From Acidobacteriota bacterium (GTDB taxonomy: Bacteria > Acidobacteriota > UBA6911 > JACQSX01): a DNA stretch of 51,373 nt. Each line of letters begins with the position of its first letter. The stretch's first letter is position 1. Under the pieces are notes generated by a model that saw nothing but the letters and a program-made list of their open reading frames with translations, had not been told where the DNA came from and made no database searches. Of the stretch, positions 36,572 to 45,219 are shown piece by piece. The position numbers were made by a program, and so were the translations under genes. The stretch covers positions 1 through 51,373 of the forward strand of contig DASXQR010000013.1 of NCBI GenBank assembly GCA_036507075.1, read 5' to 3'.

Positions 36572-38296
36572 CTAACTCACGGGGCGTTTGCGGCGCTCCT
36601 GAAACTTGAGCGGAGGGATTGGGGTTTTCGCTGCTGCTGCGTCGGGATCGGTAGCCGCGATGACGCAATTCTTGCCGGCGCCTTTGGCGATATTGAGCGC
36701 TTCGGTGGCCAGCTCCTTCCAGCGCAACAGGTTCATCGTTCTTGGGTTCAGCATCGCCACTCCCGCACTGAACGTGGTGTGGAAAATGGCTCCGTTCTCT
36801 CCCGCCTGGTCGATTGCAGAAAATTCGCCCAGCAAGCGTGAACAAAGCCGGACTGCTTCTTCCTGGCTGAGATCTTCGACCACCAGGGCAAATTTTTCGC
36901 CGCCGAAACGGCTCACCAGATCATGATAGCGCAGGCGGCGCCGCAGCAAGCTCCCCAGTTCCAAAATCACTCGATCTCCCACCAGCGGACCATAGCGATC
37001 ATTGACAGCCTGGAAATCATCCAGATCAATCATCACCATGGCGCAGGACATGCTTGGGCGCCGATGCGCAATCGATACAATTTCATCGGCGCGTTCCAGA
37101 AACGCAGTGTGCGTGAGCAGGCGGGTCAGACCGTCGCGGTCCATCAGGCTGTGCAGGAACCGCGCGCGCTCCAGGTGTGCGGCTACTGTGGACAGCAGCA
37201 GGCCGGCCGGAACCGGTTTGACCAGATGATCATTTCCTCCGGCGCGCAGTGTTTCAATCTTCACCTGCAGCTTCCATTGTGAGCTCAAAAACAAAACAGG
37301 CAGCGTGGCGTAGGCTTCCTGCTGGCGCAGATAGCGTGCCAGATCGTAGCCGCTCATTCCGGGAAGCATGATGTCGAGAAGCACAAGATCGGGGCGAAAG
37401 GAAACCAGGTCTACGGCGAAGCGCTTTGGATCATTGCAGACGTGCACGTTGTATCCGGCCGATTCGAGGAAGGCGCGGATAAACGATGCCTGATCCGGAT
37501 CATCCTCCACGGAAAGGATGCGCGCCGATTCCTGCTTGGTCCTGCTCCAGAGGACCTGCAGCCGGCGCGCGACGGCCTCACAGTTAACCGGTCGCTCGAA
37601 ATAGCCGTCAGCGCCGCAGCGGATGGCTTCCACTTTGTCCACGAATCCGGTTTGCCCGCTTACCACCAGCACGGCCGGCATATCCCCGGACGGCTGACTT
37701 CTGACGTATTCCACCAGTTCGTAGGCCGAACCGTCCGGCAGATGAGCGTCCGTAATTACGGCATCGGGCAGGCGCTCTGCCAGCGTGCTGACGGCTTCGG
37801 CCTTGCTGTGGACGTTGCGAATCACCACGCCTTCCATCAAGGTCAGCGCCGGCGTCACAAAATCAAGATCACCATTCTGATCCACCAGCAACACTTCATA
37901 ACGCCGCGCTGGGGAGTCTCCTGCTTCGACGACCGTTTCTTCAACTACCTTGTCTTCGCGCCCTTCCGCTTTCACGAATTCGGCCCGCAGCGCCTCAAGC
38001 ACGCTGCGCCAACGCCTGATATCCGTGTTTTTAGGGAACGTTTTGTCCTGGATCAACTGGTCACATTCGCGCTCGCCCTGGTAACCCAGCACCGTAACCC
38101 TGGGAAAACCGTAGGTGGTGCCCAGGCCTGAAAGACCGTGAAATTGTCGCAGCAGGTCGGATAGAGCATCGGATTCAGTGGGGTTTTGTTCCAACTGGTC
38201 AAGGGTCGCTGAAAGGCGGATCAGTCGCGCGGCTGAACCTTCGACGAACCGGTCCTTTAGTTCCTTGAAAGTACGTTCCCATGAGCTCATGGTCAT
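36572..38296 (-). CDS. Hpt-REC-REC-GGDEF protein with degenerate active site (GGEKF)
   Basis: FHGLSGLGTTYGF (Hpt), two receiver domains, DGLTRLL, DLDDFQAVNDRYGP, RYHD...RFGGEKF. Confidence 0.9.
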   Translation of the reverse strand: MTMSSWERTFKELKDRFVEGSAARLIRLSATLDQLEQNPTESDALSDLLRQFHGLSGLGTTYGFPRVTVLGYQGERECDQLIQDKTFPKNTDIRRWRSVLEALRAEFVKAEGREDKVVEETVVEAGDSPARRYEVLLVDQNGDLDFVTPALTLMEGVVIRNVHSKAEAVSTLAERLPDAVITDAHLPDGSAYELVEYVRSQPSGDMPAVLVVSGQTGFVDKVEAIRCGADGYFERPVNCEAVARRLQVLWSRTKQESARILSVEDDPDQASFIRAFLESAGYNVHVCNDPKRFAVDLVSFRPDLVLLDIMLPGMSGYDLARYLRQQEAYATLPVLFLSSQWKLQVKIETLRAGGNDHLVKPVPAGLLLSTVAAHLERARFLHSLMDRDGLTRLLTHTAFLERADEIVSIAHRRPSMSCAMVMIDLDDFQAVNDRYGPLVGDRVILELGSLLRRRLRYHDLVSRFGGEKFALVVEDLSQEEAVRLCSRLLGEFSAIDQAGENGAIFHTTFSAGVAMLNPRTMNLLRWKELATEALNIAKGAGKNCVIAATDPDAAAAKTPIPPLKFQERRKRPVS

Positions 38297-38356
38297 TCCT
38301 CGGCCGAGATTTTACAACATTCCGGGACGCGGCACAGGGCAGTGAAACGTTCTAAT

Positions 38357-39769
38357 TCACTCATTGGCGGCGCGGACGCAATTGCGCCCGGCTGCCTTGG
38401 CGGCATAGAGCGCGTCGTCGGCCGCTTTCTTCCAGCTTTCCAGGTCCATTTTGCCGTTTTCAAACATAGCAATGCCGGCACTGAAGCTGACACTAAAGAC
38501 CGAACTGTCGGTCGCCGTATGCTTGATGGCGCTGAATTCCTCCAGCAGCCTGCGTGACAGCCGCAATGCTTCCTCCATTCGCAGGTCCTCTACAATCACC
38601 ACGAATTCTTCTCCCCCGTAGCGACCGATAATGTCGGATTGCCGCAAACGCCTTCGCAGCAGAGCCGAGAGCGACGTCAGCACGCGATCGCCCACCAGGT
38701 GTCCGAATCGATCATTGACCGATTTGAAGCAGTCCAGATCCAGCATGATCATAGCCGCCGACCGGAGCGGGTTTCGACAGTTCAACGACACGACGCCCTG
38801 CGCGCGCTGAAAGAAAGCGCTGTGGGTAAGCAGGTGAGTCAGTCCATCACGATCGACAAGGCTCTTGAGAAATCCGGCGCGCTCGATGCGGGCGGCCACT
38901 GTGGACAACAGCAGCCCGGGTTGAACCGGCTTGAGTAGATAATCATCACCGCCCGATCTTACCGCCTGAATTTTTATGTGGTCATGTTCCTCGGTCGTCA
39001 GGAAGAGAATGGGCAAAAGAGCATGGGCTTCGTCCTGGCGTATACACTTGACCAGATCGTATCCGGTCACGTTGGGAAGCATGATGTCCATCAAGACCAG
39101 GTCCGGACGAAGCGTCACCAGGTCCGTTTCGAATTTCTTCGGATCGCTGCAGATGTGTACTTCGTATCCACCCGCTTCCAGAATCGCTCTGACATAAGCG
39201 GCCTGGTCAGGGTCATCTTCCATCGAGAGCACACGGGGAGTATGTTGGCGTGTCCGCTCCAGCAACTTCCGGAACCGGCCCAGCAGCGATTCCCAATCAA
39301 GCGGCTTCTCAAAGTAGCCGTCCGCGCCGCAGTGAACCGCTTCCACTTTGTCAAGAAATCCCGCCCGTACGCTGATGACAACGACGGCAGGACGGCCACC
39401 CTGAGGAAGAGAGCGCACGTACTTGACCAGATCGTAGCCTGTTCCATCCGGCAAACCGATGTCGATGATCAGGCCGTCGGGAAAGCGCTCTTCAATGGCG
39501 CGAATCGCGTCGGCGTTAGATTGTACCGCGCGCGCGCACATTCCTTCGCGCTCCGCCATGCACTCGAGCAGCGCGCGAATGTCGGCATCGTCGTCCACAA
39601 TCAGAATGTCGAACGGCTTGGCCGTGCTCTTATGGTCCTGGAAAAAGCGCCGGTCTTCATCCTGATCCTTTGGAAACTCGTCTCGCGCGCCGAGCGTGGC
39701 TTTCCCCTGGATCAACTGCAGCGGCGAAGGCTGCACGCGCTCATTCTGATTTGCTATCGAGCCTCTCAT
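38357..39769 (-). CDS. REC-REC-GGDEF diguanylate cyclase (PleD-like)
   Basis: ILIVDDD...IDIGLPD; MEDD...MDIMLP; DLDCFKSVNDRFGH; RQSD...RYGGEEF; ADDALYAAK. Start is ATG 39769 or GTG 39811. Confidence 0.92.
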   Translation of the reverse strand: MRGSIANQNERVQPSPLQLIQGKATLGARDEFPKDQDEDRRFFQDHKSTAKPFDILIVDDDADIRALLECMAEREGMCARAVQSNADAIRAIEERFPDGLIIDIGLPDGTGYDLVKYVRSLPQGGRPAVVVISVRAGFLDKVEAVHCGADGYFEKPLDWESLLGRFRKLLERTRQHTPRVLSMEDDPDQAAYVRAILEAGGYEVHICSDPKKFETDLVTLRPDLVLMDIMLPNVTGYDLVKCIRQDEAHALLPILFLTTEEHDHIKIQAVRSGGDDYLLKPVQPGLLLSTVAARIERAGFLKSLVDRDGLTHLLTHSAFFQRAQGVVSLNCRNPLRSAAMIMLDLDCFKSVNDRFGHLVGDRVLTSLSALLRRRLRQSDIIGRYGGEEFVVIVEDLRMEEALRLSRRLLEEFSAIKHTATDSSVFSVSFSAGIAMFENGKMDLESWKKAADDALYAAKAAGRNCVRAANE

Positions 39770-39996
39770 TTTCTTCTTCGAGATCGCGCGATCACGGCCG
39801 TCAAAAGACACAACACCGCGGGCGGCGAGTTAACCGCAAGTGTAATGATTCCTTGCTCCGGTGTGTGTCAGCCGTATCACATTGTGAACGGATTTGCAGG
39901 AACGCGACCCGCGTTGCCCTCGGATCGAATCTGACGGTTGACGTCAAAGATTTGACAGTTGCTGAATTACGAAGTCAGAGCGGTAGCCTCTGCGGT

Positions 39997-40166
39997 GAAA
40001 CCCGAAGGGTTTACAGAGTGAACTAAACGGGCTTGACTTCAAATCTGCGAAAAATTCTTGGGCCCTTACAGGTCGGATTGTTGTGGATGGATGGCCTACC
40101 GGCGGCGTCGCGCGCAAAAAACGCGCGCATTGCCGCCGGCTATACTCTTTAAACCCTTCGGGTTTC
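39997..40166. repeat. REP-like inverted repeat element
   Basis: GAAACCCGAAGGGTTTACAGAGT ... ACTCTTTAAACCCTTCGGGTTTC, plus an inner hairpin CCGGCGGC...GCGCG...CGCGC...GCCGCCGG. Confidence 0.8.
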
Positions 40167-40275
40167 GAAGGGTATGTGGTCAGTACCGCAGAAGTCTTCC
40201 GGGGGCCCGAAGAAGATTATTAAGGGCGCCTGAAAAAATTTTCAGTGATCGAGAAGGAATGCGGGTTGCTGGAAT

Positions 40276-40989
40276 TTACCTTGCGCGGGCTGCGAGTTTT
40301 TGTTCCTGCTTTTCTATCAGCGAGACGACCTCGCGGCAACCCCTCTCGTCGTCTTCAGCCATCATCAGTTTCAGGCGGGCGAACCAGAGCGCGGATCGTC
40401 CGGCGAAGTTGTGCTTCAGCGTCAAATCCGGAGCTTTTTCCAGCAGTAATCTCACCACCGGTTCATAACATCCGCCGAGCAGCGGACGATCGATGTCGGA
40501 AAGCGCTCCACCCGAAACGGCCATGCTTAAGGCGGTCACTCCGCCCCCGCCCTCAGCGTATGGATCGGCGCCACTGGAAAGCAACGCCTGCACCACTCGG
40601 GCGTTGCCGTTGCCGGCAGCCATGATCAATGCCGTCGTTCCATGGTTCGCGCGCGCGTTGACGTTGGCGCCTGCCTCGATAAGCGCCAGCGCCGCTGCGT
40701 CCTGTCCCCTGTGGATGGCGTGCATCAGCGCCGTCCAGCCATTGACGGCCGTATCGGAGATATTTGGATCAGCGCCCTGGGCGAGCAATTCCCGGATGGC
40801 GGAAACGTCGCCCTCGCGGGCGGCTGACATCAACGGCGTCAGGCCTCTCGCGTTTTTAGTATTGGGCCCTTTCGGATGCGCACCGGGTTCAGCCGGACGC
40901 CCATTGGCCGAAGCGCTGGGACCATGGCCGCAAGAGATGACAAACAGAGAGAAGAAAACAGATGCGAGCAGAGCTGATTTCGTCTTCAT
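40276..40989 (-). CDS. Ankyrin-repeat lipoprotein
   Basis: MKTKSALL...FVISC lipobox; GLTPLMSAA, GWTALMHA, GTTALIMAA, GVTALSMA; ATG 40989 after GGAG. Confidence 0.88.
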   Translation of the reverse strand: MKTKSALLASVFFSLFVISCGHGPSASANGRPAEPGAHPKGPNTKNARGLTPLMSAAREGDVSAIRELLAQGADPNISDTAVNGWTALMHAIHRGQDAAALALIEAGANVNARANHGTTALIMAAGNGNARVVQALLSSGADPYAEGGGGVTALSMAVSGGALSDIDRPLLGGCYEPVVRLLLEKAPDLTLKHNFAGRSALWFARLKLMMAEDDERGCREVVSLIEKQEQKLAARAR

Positions 40990-41011
40990 GAATGCTCCAG
41001 ATGCACATTTC

Positions 41012-41182
41012 GGGATGCGGATTTCGGAATGCGGAATGCGGAATAGGTGAGTATTGTAGTTTGGCCTCAAATACGTAAGTTGGATATATTCCGCATTCCG
41101 CATTCCCCATTCCGCATTCCGCATTCCCCATTCCGCATTCCGCATTCCCCATTTCCCATTCCGCATTCCCCATTTCCCATTC
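41012..41182 (-). repeat. Heptamer-armed hairpin element, copy A
   Basis: GGAATGC units at 41012-41045, a core of about 43 nt, ATTCCGC/ATTCCCC units at 41088-41182. Confidence 0.9.
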
Positions 41183-41187
41183 GAGGA

Positions 41188-41583
41188 CTACCCGGAGCGC
41201 GTAGCGCGGATCAACGCTTCCATGTGGTTCAGATAGCGCTCCAGAGCGCGGCGGCCGAGAGCCGTCAATTTATACTCGGTCTTGGGAAGCCGGCCGTCAA
41301 AATACTTGCTGCAGGCGATGTAATCCGCATCTTCCAGCTTGCGCGCGTGCACGCTTAGATTACCGTCGGTGGTCTTCATCAGCTTCTTCAAATCGTTGAA
41401 CGTCAGGGTGTCGTTGACAGCCAGAGCGCTGACGATTCCCAGCCTCATCCGCTCATGAATGAGACGATCCAGAGCAGGCGCTACATCCGCGGCTTGACGT
41501 GTTGCCACGCGCCTCAGCGCGCCCGCGGGCGCTTCAGATTTCTTGCGCTGTTCCTGTCGAATGATGTTTCGTTTAGCCACCAT
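41188..41583 (-). CDS. Winged-helix transcriptional regulator (MarR/ArsR-like)
   Basis: [17 protein letters not shown]...LTFNDLK...[18 protein letters not shown]...[12 protein letters not shown]. Confidence 0.9.
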   Translation of the reverse strand: MVAKRNIIRQEQRKKSEAPAGALRRVATRQAADVAPALDRLIHERMRLGIVSALAVNDTLTFNDLKKLMKTTDGNLSVHARKLEDADYIACSKYFDGRLPKTEYKLTALGRRALERYLNHMEALIRATRSG

Positions 41584-42187
41584 ACCTCCTGGCTATGATC
41601 AGTCCAAAAATGATGTGCAGCCCTCCAAAGCCCGCAGCCATCAGCCAGTTGGTCCAACTTGAGGGACCGACAAGCGCGATGGCCCCGGCCAGCATAAAGC
41701 AGCCCCCCATTACGGGGACGACTTTGACGGAAAAGGCTCCTCCCGTGGTAATGCCGGCGCCGTAAAGCAGCAGCCATATGCCCGGAATAAGGCTGGTTGC
41801 ACCCGCGCGATAGAGGATGAGCGTGAGCAGAGCCCCGGCGAACATTGGAGGCAGGAGCGAAAGGGCAAACTTTTGCCCCGGCCCGGACAAGACCGCCAAC
41901 TGTGCGGCGCGCGCCTTGCGGCCGATTTCCACCAGGCCGATCAGCACCGCGAGCGCCGATTCGATAATCCAGACGGCAATCCAGCCATCGGCGGTTGTCT
42001 GCCTGGCCGCGACCACGGAGGCAAAAAGTGCGGTGATTCCGATCAACACCCCGCCCCATCCGGGAACCGCCGTAAAGGAGCCGGCACGCTCCATTGTTTC
42101 GCGGATGAAGCGAAGGTTGTCCATGGCGTGCTGGTGCAGCGCCGGAGGTCCGTCGGGAGGTTGTCGAAAGGGTCGAAGGACGGCCAT
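41573..42187 (-). CDS. Hypothetical membrane protein coupled to the regulator
   Basis: [14 protein letters not shown] followed by about 6 TM segments ending [10 protein letters not shown]; overlaps the regulator start. Confidence 0.85.
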   Translation of the reverse strand: MAVLRPFRQPPDGPPALHQHAMDNLRFIRETMERAGSFTAVPGWGGVLIGITALFASVVAARQTTADGWIAVWIIESALAVLIGLVEIGRKARAAQLAVLSGPGQKFALSLLPPMFAGALLTLILYRAGATSLIPGIWLLLYGAGITTGGAFSVKVVPVMGGCFMLAGAIALVGPSSWTNWLMAAGFGGLHIIFGLIIARRYGG

Positions 42188-42193
42188 AGGAAA

Positions 42194-42242
42194 AGATTAG
42201 CGGGAAGTTAAAAGCAGTGTCAAGTACTTTGTGATGTAAAGC
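42194..42242 (-). promoter_or_regulatory. Promoter and candidate operator
   Basis: TTGACA (42223-42218), 18 nt, TAATCT (42199-42194), 6 nt, ATG 42187. Imperfect palindrome CTTTG-TGATG-TAAAG at about 42227-42241 abuts the -35. Confidence 0.72.
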
Positions 42243-42262
42243 ATACCAAAACGTTGCCCCAA

Positions 42263-42292
42263 TGAAAATTCGTGAAATTCGTGAAATTCGTG
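42263..42292. repeat. Short nonamer repeat (AAATTCGTG) x3
   Basis: Read directly. Confidence 0.8.
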
Positions 42293-42341
42293 CTCAACTC
42301 CGGGCTCAAGCCTCAGCCTCATGATTCAATAAATATTGAAT

Positions 42342-44012
42342 ATGAATAAGTCATGGATTGCCCTTTTTGTGTTGTTCCTGGCTGCGGGGGGGTGTGGACG
42401 CCTGCAAAAGACTTCTGCCGGGGAAGAAAATGAGGCTGCGGCTGGAGAAGCGGAAACAATCCGCCAAAAGGTGGAATCACGACAGGTACCCGCGTACGCG
42501 CACGGCGACGAGGGGGTTCATCTGTGGAAGACGGTTCGTCGTTTTTACTCGCTGCGCGACTTTCGTCCCGTGTGGGTGGTCGATTCTCACCCCACGTCTA
42601 TGTTCGACAAGCTGGTTGCGGCGCTCGGCAACGCGCCGCTGCACGGACTGGACGCACGCGCCTATGACCTCGACCAGATTCGAGCCAGAAGGAAGGAAGC
42701 CGGCGGATCATTCCTCAGGGCCGGCTCTTACGAGCGCGCCAAGGCGATAGAGACGGAAATCTGGCTGACTTACAGTTGCCTGAAGTACGCCTCTCATCTT
42801 CTGCGCGGCCGCATAGATCCCGAAGAAATCGATCCTTTGTGGTACGTGGAACCGCGGAAGGTAGACTTGGCGAATGCACTCAACAATGCCGCCCAGCAAG
42901 GAGAAATTGAGGAGACACTCGAGCAGCTCGCTCCCCAGGACGAACGTTACGGCCGGCTGATGCAGACCTTGGCGCGTTACCGCGATATTGAAGCGCGCGG
43001 CGGCTGGCCCGCATTGCCCGACGGAGCTCAACTGAAGCCGGGCCAGCGCAGTCCGAACGCCGCCTTACTGCGAAAGCGCCTGGCTCTGACCGGAGACTCC
43101 ACTGAAACGGGAGAAAACCCAGGCGATCTTTTTGACGGCAAGCTCGAAGAAGCGGTAAAGAAATTCCAGCGGCGCCATGGAATGCAGGAGAACGGCGTTG
43201 TTGATCGCAAACTGATCGGCGCGCTCAACGTGCCGGTTCAGGCTCGAATCCGGCAAATCGAGTTGAACATGGAGCGGTGGCGGTGGCTGCCGGCCGATCT
43301 GGGAAGCCGGTACATCCTGATCAATATTCCCGATTTCCACTTGGACGTGGTTGAAAAGGGAACCGCCGTGCTGCCGATGCGGGTTGTGGTTGGAAAAACC
43401 TTCAATCCGACGCCGGTGTTCAGCGACCAGATGACGCACATCATTTTCAGCCCGTACTGGAACATTCCGGAAAGCATCGTGAAGAGCGAAACTCTGCCGG
43501 CCATCCAAAGAGATCCCGGTTACCTGGAGCGCCAGAACATTGAGATTGTTCGAAACGGACAGGTGCTGGATCCCTCCGCCATTGACTGGTCTTCGTCGGC
43601 CAACAACCTTCAATTCCGGCAGAAGCCGGGAACCAAGAACGCCCTCGGTCTGGTGAAATTCATGTTCCCGAACCAGTTCAATGTCTATCTCCACGACACG
43701 CCATCGGACAGCCTGTTTGAGCGTACGCAGCGAAGCTTCAGCCACGGATGTATTCGCATAGAAAAACCCCTCGAGCTGGCCCAGTACCTTTTGAAGGACC
43801 AGCCCGAATGGTCGCGTCCGAGAATTGAAGCGGCAATGCAGTCCGGCACAGAGCAAACCGTCAATCTCAAGCAATCGATTCCTGTTCACATTGTTTACTG
43901 GACCACATGGGTGGAGAAGGATGGAACCGTGCAGTTCAGGGACGATGTGTATGGTCACGACGCAAAGCAAGGGCAGGCGTTGCAGCGGGAAATAGCGGCA
44001 GAAGCTGCTTAA
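42342..44012 (+). CDS. L,D-transpeptidase (YcbB/LdtD-like) lipoprotein with peptidoglycan-binding domain
   Basis: Lipobox AAGGC; AVKKFQRRHG; NMERWRWLP; RVVVGK; NALGLVKFMFPN; YLHDTP; SHGCIR. Confidence 0.93.
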   Translation: MNKSWIALFVLFLAAGGCGRLQKTSAGEENEAAAGEAETIRQKVESRQVPAYAHGDEGVHLWKTVRRFYSLRDFRPVWVVDSHPTSMFDKLVAALGNAPLHGLDARAYDLDQIRARRKEAGGSFLRAGSYERAKAIETEIWLTYSCLKYASHLLRGRIDPEEIDPLWYVEPRKVDLANALNNAAQQGEIEETLEQLAPQDERYGRLMQTLARYRDIEARGGWPALPDGAQLKPGQRSPNAALLRKRLALTGDSTETGENPGDLFDGKLEEAVKKFQRRHGMQENGVVDRKLIGALNVPVQARIRQIELNMERWRWLPADLGSRYILINIPDFHLDVVEKGTAVLPMRVVVGKTFNPTPVFSDQMTHIIFSPYWNIPESIVKSETLPAIQRDPGYLERQNIEIVRNGQVLDPSAIDWSSSANNLQFRQKPGTKNALGLVKFMFPNQFNVYLHDTPSDSLFERTQRSFSHGCIRIEKPLELAQYLLKDQPEWSRPRIEAAMQSGTEQTVNLKQSIPVHIVYWTTWVEKDGTVQFRDDVYGHDAKQGQALQREIAAEAA

Positions 44013-44150
44013 TGCGGAGTGCGGAATGCGGAATGCGGAATGGCGCCCAGCGCCAGAATGCGGAATGCGGAATGCGGAATATATGCAGGTTAAGTCTCCG
44101 AAGCCGACACCAAATCCGTATTCCGCATTCCGCGTTCCGCACTCCGCATT
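44011..44150 (+). repeat. Heptamer-armed hairpin element, copy B
   Basis: GGAATGC units from the L,D-transpeptidase stop codon to 44080, a core of about 39 nt, then ATTCCGC units at 44120-44150. Confidence 0.9.
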
Positions 44151-44157
44151 TGAGTGG

Positions 44158-45168
44158 ATGTTTAAAAAGGGAACAATTCACCCAGTGGCGATGGCCGTTC
44201 TCTTGTCGGCCGTGTTACTGAAGATTCCGGTTTCGACCGCAGCAGACAAGTTTGATTCAAAAACCGCGCGCTTCAGTCTGAGACTCAAAGGTGATCTGGT
44301 TCCTTACGAGACGATGAGCACGTTTGTGATGCCCGGCGAAGTGGTCGTGTTCGAGACCACGCCGCTGATCGGAGGGATGACCGAAGTCAAAGTGCCGCAG
44401 GGTCAGGCTACTCAAGTCACCGAAGTAAGAGTTCCACGCGGGCGGTCCATACCGGTTCAAAACACGCAGTGGCAATGGCGCGCCCCGCTTCAAAAGGGCT
44501 TATACAGGCTGAAGATTTCAAACTCGGCTGCGAAGGATTCGATCCATCTGAATGTCCTGGTGATGGTCCCTTACAGTGAAATGAGGAACGGCATTCTGAA
44601 CGGTTATCGGATCGGCGACTATCCCGCCCTGCCTCTTAATAACAATCCGATCTACAAGCGCCCGCGCGGCTTTGTAGAAGTCACCATAGAGAACGAAGAC
44701 ACCCATCTGACCCCGCACTTCAAGCTGAAGCAGTTCCTCTGCAAACAGGGCGGGGGCTATCCCAAGTACATCATCTCGAACGAACGCCTGCTGCTCAAAC
44801 TGGAGGCTATACTTGAGAGAGTGAATGAGCTGGGACACACCTGCAAGACATTTTATGTGATGAGTGGGTACCGCACGCCATACTACAACAAGGTGCTGGA
44901 GAACGTGACCTACAGCGAGCACGTTTACGGAAGCGCGGTAGACATCTATCCGGACAATAACGACGACAAGACGATCGACGATTTGAACCGGGATGGCCAA
45001 ATAAGCTACGAGGACGCCGTCTTTCTGAGCGGCATCGTGGATCAGATGGATCGCGATCCACGCTGGAAAATCTTCGTCGGGGGTCTTGGCGTGTACCACA
45101 GTACAGCCGCTCATGGACCCTTCGTGCATGTCGATGTCCGCGGTTGGGCCGCACGCTGGAAAAGTTAG
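44158..45168 (+). CDS. Peptidase M15 family Zn metallopeptidase, exported
   Basis: LTPHFKLKQF, VMSGYRTP.YN, SEHVYGSAVD, FVHVDVRG..ARW; ATG 44158 precedes the signal peptide. Confidence 0.88.
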   Translation: MFKKGTIHPVAMAVLLSAVLLKIPVSTAADKFDSKTARFSLRLKGDLVPYETMSTFVMPGEVVVFETTPLIGGMTEVKVPQGQATQVTEVRVPRGRSIPVQNTQWQWRAPLQKGLYRLKISNSAAKDSIHLNVLVMVPYSEMRNGILNGYRIGDYPALPLNNNPIYKRPRGFVEVTIENEDTHLTPHFKLKQFLCKQGGGYPKYIISNERLLLKLEAILERVNELGHTCKTFYVMSGYRTPYYNKVLENVTYSEHVYGSAVDIYPDNNDDKTIDDLNRDGQISYEDAVFLSGIVDQMDRDPRWKIFVGGLGVYHSTAAHGPFVHVDVRGWAARWKS

Positions 45169-45219
45169 CCACCCGCAGTCTTTGTGGCTTTGTGGCAATT
45201 TTTCTGGTAGTTTTTGCTC

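Noticed and set aside
39812..40260. Possible c-di-GMP riboswitch upstream of the cyclases
   Set aside because: The hairpins are explained by an inverted-repeat element, and I could not fit the class I or II consensus. An Rfam search would settle it.
40990..41166. MRNAEWG-repeat N-termini here and at 44026-44157
   Set aside because: Heptamer-repeat artefacts; better starts with signal peptides follow.
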